Origin: Candidatus Acidiferrales bacterium
GTDB lineage: Bacteria; Acidobacteriota; Terriglobia; Acidiferrales; UBA7541
Length of the DNA stretch: 64,000 nucleotides
Direction of reading: 5' to 3'
NCBI GenBank assembly: GCA_035943235.1
Contig: DASZCH010000129.1
Location: 13,229 to 77,228 of the forward strand
The notes beneath the pieces were generated by a model that saw nothing but the letters and a program-made list of their open reading frames with translations, made no database searches and was not told where the DNA came from. This document shows positions 28,705-37,342 of the stretch, piece after piece. Each line of letters starts with the position of its first letter. Within the stretch, counting starts at the first letter, position 1. The position numbers and the translations under genes were made by a program.

Positions 28705-31194
28705 CTACCGAACGTCTGTAAGCATCCAAACGCCGTTCTTCTTGACCAGTTGAAACTTCCAGGAGGCCTCTGATTTCTTCGCCGTTTTTCCCGCCTTCGA
28801 AGTGTACTGCTGCTGCGACTCGGCGGAAACTGTAGCTGTCGCTCCGTCTGGACTCACGTTCACAGTTTGATTGACGATTTGCATGGTTATCACGCTTGCG
28901 TCTGCGAACGAACGCTTGTAGCCATCGTACGTCTTTTGAGGAATGGTCGGCCAAACCTGCCTGAGTTCATCGGGATTTCTTTCTTCGAACGCCCGAAAGA
29001 AAGTTTGCACCACAGTGCGAACCGCCGTTTCATCCGCAGCCCTCGTGCCCTGCGTCTCCCGTTTCGCTGGGGGAGGCGGCAAAACGGCGGCTGGAGGTTG
29101 ATTCAATGCGTTCAACTTGGCGGTGATATCACCAACGCATTTTTGCGCTTCGTCGGCGTGAGGTCCGTTCTGTGTGAACGATTGCATGGATTCACGGGCG
29201 GATGCCAGTCCGCTCTTGTCGGTCCCCGCTAGGACCTGCTGACATTTCCGAGAAGCAGCCTGGAAGGCGAGTCCGAACCGCTGCGACTGCGCGCGAGCTT
29301 GGATGTCGGAAATTGACGATTGAATGCTATTGACGTAACTCTGCGCTTCAGCTGACTTGGGGCCTCCGCTATTTACGAGCGCCTGGAATTTGGGCTGCAA
29401 AGCCTTCAGCTGCTGAACGGATGAATCGTCATCACCCTGCTTCAATTGATTGAATTGACTCTCAAGCTGGCTTAGTCGATCCCCTTCGGATTTTTCAATT
29501 TCACCGTTCAACTCGCTCGCATCGCCGCCGCTCTGCTGAAGCTGCGCACTAAATTTTCGGGCTGACTCGATATCACCCTTTTTGAGAGACTGGCGCGCTT
29601 CTGTAAGCTGTTTGCCCTGCTGCTTCAATTTGGGGATGACCTCGGTGAGATACCTTTGGGCGTCCTCGCGGTGCACGCCTCCATCCGGCAATGCCTGCAC
29701 CTGTCTCAACTCAGCCTCGGCTTGTGCGAACTGCTTCGCGCCTATATTGCCGACCGCTTGCTGCCACAGCTGCGCCTCATGCTGTCGAAGCTGTCGAAGC
29801 TGTGCGTTCCTCATCGATTCTTCGATTTGTCCGCGCATTGAATGAAGGGTAGGAGTAAGAGGACCGTTTAAGTTTTCGGCGTCGAGGACCGTCTGGCGAG
29901 CCTTCTCGAGATCGTTGGCCGCTACGAGTTTCTCTGCAGCGACCATTGCATCACGCTGCTTGACCTCCAGCGGATTCGCCGGAGGAAGAACAACCGCGGT
30001 CTTTGTGACGGCGACTTCGGGAACTTTAGGCGGCGGAGTGTGCGGCCAGAGGAAATACTCAGCTGACACGGCAGCGGCTAACAACACGAGCAGGATAAGA
30101 ACGGCAGTGCCCATCGCGGTTTTCGTGCGCCACCAGGGCTCGGGGACGGCCGCAGCAATCTGGGGAGTCGAGCTTGCTGCGGGCGTGGATGGAGTCGACG
30201 GCGGCGCGACCATCATCGGAGCCGTCGGATTCATTGCCATCGACGATGACAGGGCGGCCTCATCGGCTTGATCCTCCACTGCTGTGATTACAATGGTTTT
30301 GCCGGAGCTGAGCTGCCGCGCAAGGCGTTTCAGATCCCCCCGGAGTTCAGCTGCGCTTTGGCACCGCAACTCGCGGTCCTTCTCGAGCGCCTTGTTAATG
30401 ATTTCTTCGAGTTTGCGCGGGACTTCGGGGTTCAAGCGCACGGGAGCAACGGGTGCTCGATTCAGAATCGCGTCGAAGATAACAGCGGACGTTTCGCCGC
30501 GAAAGGGCAGCGCGCCCGTCGCCATTTCGTACAAGACTGCGCCAAAGGAAAACAAATCCGTGCGCGCGTCGAGTTCTTTCCCGCGTGCCTGCTCCGGAGA
30601 CATGTAGGCAACAGTCCCCATAGCCGTGCCCGGGCTGGTCAACTGCTCCTCGGGAACAGGTGCTGTCTCTTTTGTGGTAGTGAAGTCCGATGCTAGCGCG
30701 AGAATCTGGGCTGACCTTGGCTGAGCGGTAAGCTTCGCCAGGCCGAAGTCCAGAATCTTGGCGTGGCCGCGCTGGGTTACGAAAATGTTCGCCGGCTTTA
30801 TGTCCCGGTGGACGATTCCTCGCGAGTGAGCCGCGTCAAGTGCATCAGCCAACTGAACTCCCAAATCCACGATTTGTTCGATGTCCAGGGGCCTGCGTTG
30901 GATCATGTGCTTGAGCGTTTTGCCTTCGAGCAACTCCATGGCAATGAAATGACGGCCGTTTTTTTCGTCGATTTCATAGATCGTGCAGATATTGGGGTGG
31001 TTGAGCGAGGACGCTGCAAATGCTTCCCGCTGAAATCGTTCGCGAGCGGCAGGATCTTTTTCCAATTCTTCCGGAAGGAACTTCAGCGCGACGTGGCGGC
31101 GAAGGTTCAGATCCTCGGCTTCGTAGACAATACCCATGCCGCCGCCACCGAGCGCACTGAGTATGCGGTAATGCGAGACCGTCGTTCCGATCAT
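28705..31194 (-). CDS. Hanks-type Ser/Thr protein kinase with TM segment, long coiled-coil region and C-terminal NTF2/SnoaL-like domain
   Basis: Kinase motifs [31 protein letters not shown] and YMSPEQ. TM segment [15 protein letters not shown]-terminus [24 protein letters not shown]...[17 protein letters not shown]. Confidence 0.9.
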   Translation of the reverse strand: MIGTTVSHYRILSALGGGGMGIVYEAEDLNLRRHVALKFLPEELEKDPAARERFQREAFAASSLNHPNICTIYEIDEKNGRHFIAMELLEGKTLKHMIQRRPLDIEQIVDLGVQLADALDAAHSRGIVHRDIKPANIFVTQRGHAKILDFGLAKLTAQPRSAQILALASDFTTTKETAPVPEEQLTSPGTAMGTVAYMSPEQARGKELDARTDLFSFGAVLYEMATGALPFRGETSAVIFDAILNRAPVAPVRLNPEVPRKLEEIINKALEKDRELRCQSAAELRGDLKRLARQLSSGKTIVITAVEDQADEAALSSSMAMNPTAPMMVAPPSTPSTPAASSTPQIAAAVPEPWWRTKTAMGTAVLILLVLLAAAVSAEYFLWPHTPPPKVPEVAVTKTAVVLPPANPLEVKQRDAMVAAEKLVAANDLEKARQTVLDAENLNGPLTPTLHSMRGQIEESMRNAQLRQLRQHEAQLWQQAVGNIGAKQFAQAEAELRQVQALPDGGVHREDAQRYLTEVIPKLKQQGKQLTEARQSLKKGDIESARKFSAQLQQSGGDASELNGEIEKSEGDRLSQLESQFNQLKQGDDDSSVQQLKALQPKFQALVNSGGPKSAEAQSYVNSIQSSISDIQARAQSQRFGLAFQAASRKCQQVLAGTDKSGLASARESMQSFTQNGPHADEAQKCVGDITAKLNALNQPPAAVLPPPPAKRETQGTRAADETAVRTVVQTFFRAFEERNPDELRQVWPTIPQKTYDGYKRSFADASVITMQIVNQTVNVSPDGATATVSAESQQQYTSKAGKTAKKSEASWKFQLVKKNGVWMLTDVR

Positions 31195-31391
31195 GGCGTC
31201 CTTAGCGAGGAATGCCCGGCTGAACTAAGGCCGTAGGCAATAGGAGTCTATGACAGAGGCTGCCAATTTCCAAGATTCGGAATGCGACAATGTGGGCCGC
31301 GCACGCGGCGTATGGGCGGTCATTTACGTATTCCTCTAGAGCGTGCGTCTCGCCGCTCGGCCCACGTCGATTCCGCACGAGTCCGATGGAA

Positions 31392-31553
31392 TCAATCTCC
31401 AGTAGCAGCCCGGCCGTGCAGCGTAAGTAAGCTGGACAATGCCGGACGGGAAACCTGAAGCGCAGCGGCGGCTGCCGTCACTGAGAGGCCGGCAGGGGCG
31501 ATGATCTCCGTGCGAATAAAATCGCTGGGATGAGGGGGGTTCTTCATGGGCAT
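31392..31553 (-). pseudogene. higA: Truncated HigA-type antitoxin (53 codons)
   Basis: MPMKNPPHPSDFIRTEIIAPAGLSVTAAAAALQVSRPALSSLL.. matches the N-terminal two thirds of HigA-family antidote proteins. It then stops early at TGA 31392-31394. Confidence 0.55.
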
Positions 31554-31572
31554 GTTGTTTGCTCCTGTTGTT

Positions 31573-31656
31573 CTAGTGATAGTCTTCCAAATTTAGATCG
31601 CAAATTTCGTGCTCCGCTGTGTCAATGCGAAACGTTAACCGGATTAGTGGTGTGCG
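31573..31656 (-). pseudogene. higB: C-terminal remnant of a HigB (killer protein) toxin
   Basis: The frame reads RTPLIRLTFRIDTAEHEICDLNLEDYH*, the family-typical ..W/LR.TFR......D....DYH end. An in-frame TAG lies immediately upstream, and there is no start codon. Confidence 0.4.
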
Positions 31657-31904
31657 CTAGACTGCCCGGGCAGCGTCCAGGATGCTATGTAATTAAGACT
31701 AACAAGATGATACGCCTCCTCATAGTCTTGATTACGGCGACGGCCTTCGTCTATTGGCTTCTCAGGCGGCGAGCAAAGCAGCAAGGCAAAACGGAAACAT
31801 TTAATGGTTTGTAGCGCAGTCCAGTCTCCTCTTCTCTCGGGGCAGGTGGAAGGGATAGCGTATTCTTATGCGTTGACAAGGAGGTTTTGCTGTATCACTA
31901 TAAA

Positions 31905-31979
31905 GGTACAAACAATAGCTAAATGTAATCCTAAAGAGATACAAACCTCCATAATTAGTCTTTCTATAGAGGTACACAA
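31905..31979 (+). promoter_or_regulatory. Three direct repeats rGrTACAmAm spaced exactly 33 bp apart, upstream of the mobile mystery protein A gene
   Basis: GGTACAAAC at 31905, GATACAAAC at 31938 and GGTACACAA at 31971. AT-rich region with TTGACA at 31873-31878. The last repeat ends 10 nt before the ATG at 31989. Confidence 0.35.
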
Positions 31980-31988
31980 AGAGGCGTT

Positions 31989-32444
31989 ATGAAACCTGAA
32001 TACAGAGAAATGAGACAGCGCCAATTATCGAAAAGCCTCGCGGCATTTGAAGTTGCAAAAAGCAACCCACGCCCACAGCTCGGCTGGCTCCGTGCCATCC
32101 GGGAAGCGTTGGGGCTCACCCTGAATCAAGTAGGCAAGAATTCGCGGACGACACGACAGCGGATCAAGAGTTTCGAGGATGCTGAACGGCAAGATCGGAT
32201 CACGCTTGCTAGCCTTCGCAGGGTTGCTGAGGCTATGGGATGCGAACTTGTCTATGCAATCGTCCCCAAGTCAGGAACCATTGTCGAACTTGCCGAGAAG
32301 GAGGCCCTAAATGAAGCCACAAAGCGGGTACTTGCTGTTGAACACACCATGGCGCTGGAGAACCAAGCCCCAGGAGATGTAAATGAGACAATCGCCGAGG
32401 AAACGAAGCGACTACTTAAACGGCCAAGATCGCGAGCCCGATGA
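31989..32444 (+). CDS. Mobile mystery protein A (XRE-type HTH)
   Basis: Sequence PRPQLGWLRAIREALGLTLNQVGK...RQRIKSFEDAE..DRITLASLRRVAEAMGCELVYAIVPK. Its stop overlaps the downstream start (ATGA). Confidence 0.85.
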   Translation: MKPEYREMRQRQLSKSLAAFEVAKSNPRPQLGWLRAIREALGLTLNQVGKNSRTTRQRIKSFEDAERQDRITLASLRRVAEAMGCELVYAIVPKSGTIVELAEKEALNEATKRVLAVEHTMALENQAPGDVNETIAEETKRLLKRPRSRAR

Positions 32445-33043
32445 TCAACATCTCAAATCTCAATCTGTCACCTGGGAATACACCTCTCGAACCCGACGAA
32501 TTGGCTCAACTAATCCCTAGTCTGGCAACCAAGGGCGAACTCGATGAATGAGAACGAAAAAACATCATCGAAGCACACGAGTGGGCCCTAAATCCCCGAC
32601 GCGTAAAGGCCAGCAATCCATTTACCGAGCCTTATCTTCGTGAACTTCACAGAAGAATGTTTGATCGCACCTGGAAATGGGCTGGTACGTATCGCCATAC
32701 CGAGAAAAACATCGGAGTCCTCGTGCATGAAATCAGAAATCGAATCCCCGCACTCCTTGGAAACATTCGTTATTGGGTGGATCACCAGACCTTCCCTGCA
32801 GACGAGATAGCAATTCGCTTTCATCACGAATTGGTTGGCGTTATTCACCCATTCCCGAACGGAAACGGAAGGCATGCCCGCCTTCACGCCGATGTCATCG
32901 CGGTGAAACTCGAAAGGCCAGAATTTACGTGGGGCCAGAACAGTATCGTGGGCACTGGCCCTGCGCGTGAAGCTTACATAAGAGCCCTACACGCAGCGGA
33001 CAACGGTAACATTCAAGAATTACTAAAGTTCGCTCGCTCTTAA
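32441..33043 (+). pseudogene. Mobile mystery protein B (Fic-domain protein) interrupted by an in-frame TGA
   Basis: The frame from ATG 32441 reads MINISNLNLSPGNTPLEPDELAQLIPSLATKGELDE-TGA(32549-32551)-ERKNIIEAHEWAL...LHRRMFDRTWKWAGTYR...HPFPNGNGRHARL (Fic motif). Family-like sequence is present on both sides of the stop. Confidence 0.8.
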
Positions 33044-33761
33044 CGCAGGAGCCATGTTGGGGCACCATGCATCCATGGGAACAACGCAGTCATAAGCAAA
33101 AGACTTCTCCGTCGCGCACAAGCTAGAAGCGTTCTGAGGAATGCTCGGGGCGGCGGACACAAACCGGATCGTTATCTGGACGCAGTTCAATTATTAAGCA
33201 GAAACCAATGCCGGCGATGGTCAACAGACGAGTGGCGCGTCGTTCGAAATGAAATCGCCCGCTCACTCTGAGGGCAGCCGTAATCCGGCATGTCACTGAG
33301 GTTTAAAACCGCTGTAACAGCGCTGTAACACGGATAACCCAGACGGCAAATTGAGGACCTGGAACCGAGAGATGCTATCGTTGTCTGCCTGCTCCTTTTA
33401 TCTTTTGCGGGATACCTTACGAACGAGGTTCGAATTGAGGACAGTTTTGCACACTAGTTCTCTGAGAGTCCACGTCGAAGCGTGGAGTGCTAGCCCCAAA
33501 GAGCTCCCCCCTCGGCGGTCCGCGTGGCTATTCGTCTGACGGATGCCTTTTATCTATACAATTCATTGGACAGCTAACATTGAAACAGCCAGTATTGCGC
33601 CAGTTTTCGCGTTCCAGCGACCACTTGGGGCAGGGTCGCTCTCAATGGGTTCCTTTTTACGGAAAAAATGGCGGCCGCGCCGGCTTGAGGGCGTAGCGAG
33701 AAGCGGCAAGCTAACGGCGGGGCGGAAGCTCCCCGAAGAATGGCTAGGGAGGAAGACACCA

Positions 33762-36700
33762 ATGAAAACGAATCTGCGAAAGGCCAGTTGGAGGTTGCTC
33801 TTGATGATGGTGGCGGTGTCGGCGGGCTTGGCGATTCCTGCCCGCGGACAGACTAGCCCCTCGACTGGGGCGATTCAGGGCTTGGTGCAAGATCCAAGCG
33901 GTGCAGTTGTTTCTGGCGCTGCGATAGCCCTGGTCAACCCTACCTTGGGTATAAACCGCACAGTTCATTCTGCCTCGGACGGTACCTTCCTGTTCGCTCT
34001 CCTCCAGCCAGGCAGCGGATATGAAATCACGGTTGAGCATTCCGGCTTTCAGAAAGCAAGCGTCTCCAACGTGGCTGTTAACGTTACACAGATCACCGCC
34101 GTTAATGTCCGCTTGGTGGTGGGCAGCGTAACCCAGCAAGTCGTTGTCAGCGGCGCAGCCACTCCCATCCATACATCGGATGCGACGCTCGGCAACACCC
34201 TGACGTCGAGAGTTATTGAGAGCATCCCGCTGCCGACGCGCGATGTTCTGGATATTTTGGCAACGGACGCGGGAGTGGTCTCGCAGTTGACCTCTCCGGC
34301 CGCAACAATCCTGCAGGGCTCGGAGGCCATGTTCGTGGGCGGAAATCGCGCCACATCCAACAACTATATGGTCAACGGGATCGATGCGAACAATTTCGAA
34401 TTCCACACTTTGGCAACAGGGATCGTCCCCATTCCCAACCCGGATGCCGTCGAGGAGTTCCGGACAGAGACCAGTCTGTACGATGCCAGCACAGGATTTA
34501 GTGGCGGGGGCAATATCGTCCTCGTCACGCGGCGCGGCACGAATAAATACCACGGAACGGCATACGAATTTCTGCGCAACACGGATATGAATGCCAATGA
34601 CTTCTTTTTTAATGCCGCCGGAAAGCCGCGTCCAGTCATGCAGCAAAACCAATTTGGATTTTCCATGGGAGGCCCGGTGCCCAAAGCGCCGAACACCTAT
34701 TGGTTTTTCAATTACGAAGGGCAGCGTCAGCGTAACGGTGTCACCGGCGCGGCGACAGGACTGCTTCCCGTGCTCCCCGACGATCGAAGCTCCGCTTCTC
34801 TGGCATCACTCTATAACCTTCCCCAAAACGCCATCGATCCGGTGGCAATCGCCATCCTGAACGCCCCGGGGCCTTACGGCGGGAAACTCTTCCCCAGCGG
34901 TTCAGGCGCGCCACAAGGGGAACTCGGATCATTTGCGTTTTCCTCCCCTGCGCAACTGAATAGCAATCAATACAACGCCCGCATCGATCACAGCTTTGGG
35001 ATCGGTGGCGTAGACAACCAGTTCAGCGTTTCTTACTTCGCGAATCCCGATACGTTCACAAACAGCAGCGGCGCAAACGGAAGCACGATTGGCCAGCCCT
35101 ATCAATACCTTCTCCAAAACGAGACACTCTCAGTTCAGGATACGCAAACGATCCGCCCGGACCTGCTGAACAGCATCAATGTGGGATTCACATACAACAA
35201 ACGGGACATTGGGGCGATCCGCCCGCTGACGCTGAACGATTTTGGAATGACGCGGTTTAATTCTTCGATTATCGACCGGGGCCCCAATTTTTCCTTTTCG
35301 GACCAGATGAATTGCTGCGGCGCTAGCGTTTCTGTGGGTGAGACGCAGCACAACGAATCGCAGGATTTCCGGGATATGCTGTCCTACTCTCATGGCGTGC
35401 ATTTCTTCCGTTTCGGCTTTGAAGCGCGCACCCAGCAGTTCAATTTCGGCTCCCCGCTCGATCCTGGCTCGCTTTTCTTTCAGGGCGGCCTGGCCGATGC
35501 GCTCTACGGCCCGCCGAGCGATCCCAATGCCGATCTTTCCATTCGTGATTTCCTCGTCGGGGCGCCTTTTTTCATCAGCATTGGCAGCGGACTGAACGAT
35601 TTTGAGTACCGCGCCCATGATTTTGGGCTCTTCGGTGAGGACGATTATCACTTGACGAGTCGGCTTACCTTGAATCTTGGTTTGCGCTGGGATTATTTAG
35701 GGAATATCAGCGAGAAGCATGATTTGATCTCGAATTTCGATCCCTCCTTGCTAACCCCGCTGGCCATGCAAACCGGCGGCCCGGGTCTGCAGGACGGATT
35801 CGTGATTCCCTCCGGTGCCCCGAGGTTTGGTACTCCCGGAGTCTCGAAATCCACTTACAACAACCAGCCGCTCAAGGATTTCGAGCCGCGAGTCGGTTTT
35901 GGACTCGACGTGTTGGGGAATGGCCGGCTGGCGCTCCGCGGCGGATTCGGCTTGTATTTCTCTCGGATTGGGCCTTTTGGCCTGCTGCAGAGCATCAGCA
36001 ATCCGCCTTTTGCGCTGAGCACGGCGATTGTCAATACCTCACAGGCACAGATCCTCTCTGATCCGTTCCCCACTCTTCCGCTCCCAAGCCAGTTTCCTAT
36101 CTTCACGCCCTTTCCGCAGCTCACTTCCCTCAACCCTGACGGCTCGCCCAATTTTACGGGTCCACAGTTGAATGTCATTGAGTTGCAGCGCGACGCGCAC
36201 CCGCCGTACACCGAACAGTGGAACCTGACAACGGAATACGAATTCGTTAAGGGCTGGACCATACAGGTCGGCTACATGGGTTCCCACGGCATTCACCTTC
36301 AGGATTTCCAAGGCTTGAACAACGCTCTGCTGCGCAATGCCAACAATCCTGGCCCCTCGGGTCTGGACGTGAATTCCGCGCAGAATCGGGAATCCCGTGT
36401 TCCCTACGCGGGCATCAGCTCGACGGGAATGCTGGCGCTCACGGACGCGGGAGCTTCGAGCTACAACGCTCTGCTTGTCACGCTGAGTCACGAGTTTTCT
36501 CGCGGCCTGTTTCTCAAAGCTGCCTACACCTTTTCGAAAACCATCGACAATGTACAAGCACAGGCAGGTTTCGAACCCACTATCGGTCCAAGCGGAAATC
36601 AATTTCTCCCGCAGCTCAATCGAGGCATCTCCAATTTCGATGTCCCGCATCGCCTGGTGCTCACCTACGTCTACGACATCCCGGGACCCAGAAGCGGATG

Positions 36701-37277
36701 GCAAGCCGCCCTTCTGAATCACTGGACTTTGTCGGGGATCACCACGCTTCAATCCGGCTTCGCGGGAGAAATCGATCAGTTCACCGCGGGAAACTCCCTG
36801 TCGGGAACCGATGGATACGGCATCCTGACACCGGGTTGCGCGCTCGTGAATGGAGGCAATGCAAGCGCCCACACACGCAATTACCTCAATAGCTCTTGCG
36901 TATCGACGACCGCTGCGCTTCTGAGCGGAAGCACGTTCGGCCCGTTGTCTCCCTTCGAGGGACCTGGAAACCAGACCTATACGATCGATCCGAGCAACCC
37001 CGCAGCTATCGGCTATCTGCAAGGCCCATCCACTCGGGGCGCATTTTTTGGCCCGTTCGAGACGCGCTGGGACATGGCCCTGGCCAAAACTATTCCCCTG
37101 CGGGAGCTCGGCGAGCAGGGAAATTTACAGTTCCGCGCCGAAGCCTTCAAAATTTTCAATACACCGATCTTCAGCAATCCGCACAGCGTGGCCGGATTGT
37201 CGAGCTTCGGGAGAATTACCAGCACAATCGACAACACTGGCCGTCAATTGCAGCTGGCGGTTCGGCTGAACTGGTAA
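33762..37277 (+). CDS. TonB-dependent receptor with N-terminal CarboxypepD_reg domain
   Basis: GGGAGGAAG RBS. Signal peptide MKTNLRKASWRLLLMMVAVSAGLAIPARGQ. Sequence GAIQGLVQDPSGAVVSGAAIALVN... Ends ..QLAVRLNW. Paralog of 14150..17542. Confidence 0.85.
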   Translation: MKTNLRKASWRLLLMMVAVSAGLAIPARGQTSPSTGAIQGLVQDPSGAVVSGAAIALVNPTLGINRTVHSASDGTFLFALLQPGSGYEITVEHSGFQKASVSNVAVNVTQITAVNVRLVVGSVTQQVVVSGAATPIHTSDATLGNTLTSRVIESIPLPTRDVLDILATDAGVVSQLTSPAATILQGSEAMFVGGNRATSNNYMVNGIDANNFEFHTLATGIVPIPNPDAVEEFRTETSLYDASTGFSGGGNIVLVTRRGTNKYHGTAYEFLRNTDMNANDFFFNAAGKPRPVMQQNQFGFSMGGPVPKAPNTYWFFNYEGQRQRNGVTGAATGLLPVLPDDRSSASLASLYNLPQNAIDPVAIAILNAPGPYGGKLFPSGSGAPQGELGSFAFSSPAQLNSNQYNARIDHSFGIGGVDNQFSVSYFANPDTFTNSSGANGSTIGQPYQYLLQNETLSVQDTQTIRPDLLNSINVGFTYNKRDIGAIRPLTLNDFGMTRFNSSIIDRGPNFSFSDQMNCCGASVSVGETQHNESQDFRDMLSYSHGVHFFRFGFEARTQQFNFGSPLDPGSLFFQGGLADALYGPPSDPNADLSIRDFLVGAPFFISIGSGLNDFEYRAHDFGLFGEDDYHLTSRLTLNLGLRWDYLGNISEKHDLISNFDPSLLTPLAMQTGGPGLQDGFVIPSGAPRFGTPGVSKSTYNNQPLKDFEPRVGFGLDVLGNGRLALRGGFGLYFSRIGPFGLLQSISNPPFALSTAIVNTSQAQILSDPFPTLPLPSQFPIFTPFPQLTSLNPDGSPNFTGPQLNVIELQRDAHPPYTEQWNLTTEYEFVKGWTIQVGYMGSHGIHLQDFQGLNNALLRNANNPGPSGLDVNSAQNRESRVPYAGISSTGMLALTDAGASSYNALLVTLSHEFSRGLFLKAAYTFSKTIDNVQAQAGFEPTIGPSGNQFLPQLNRGISNFDVPHRLVLTYVYDIPGPRSGWQAALLNHWTLSGITTLQSGFAGEIDQFTAGNSLSGTDGYGILTPGCALVNGGNASAHTRNYLNSSCVSTTAALLSGSTFGPLSPFEGPGNQTYTIDPSNPAAIGYLQGPSTRGAFFGPFETRWDMALAKTIPLRELGEQGNLQFRAEAFKIFNTPIFSNPHSVAGLSSFGRITSTIDNTGRQLQLAVRLNW

Positions 37278-37342
37278 TTGGGTGGGGGAGTGGAGGCACC
37301 GTCGCTCCTTTTTCTTCCTGGCGAGTGAAGGAGATCAAGATC

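Noticed and set aside
31530-31814. A 94-aa plus-strand ORF, including a possible 35-aa TM peptide MIRLLIVLITATAFVYWLL...
   Set aside because: It overlaps the minus-strand higBA remnant. The N-terminal two thirds is Cys/Arg-rich junk. No RBS and no conservation can be assessed.
33420-33445. GGTTCGAAT, a T-loop-like motif that could indicate a tRNA.
   Set aside because: The flanking bases (CGAGG / TGAGG) cannot form a T-stem, and no cloverleaf can be built.
33744-37022. Long antisense ORFs, for example 33744..34652, 35130..35651 and 36039..37022. Similar cases are 41190..41915, 44371..45222, 46599..47258, 52070..52717 and 25376..25927.
   Set aside because: These are shadow ORFs opposite well-supported genes in GC-rich DNA. 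Their translations are Arg/Pro/Gly-rich with no motifs.
36896-37342. The ORF-track start at 36896 for the BNR-propeller gene (1213 aa).
   Set aside because: The first 149 codons overlap the 3' end of the TonB-dependent receptor gene in another frame. The ATG at 37343 has a GAAGGAG RBS and is followed by a typical signal peptide.
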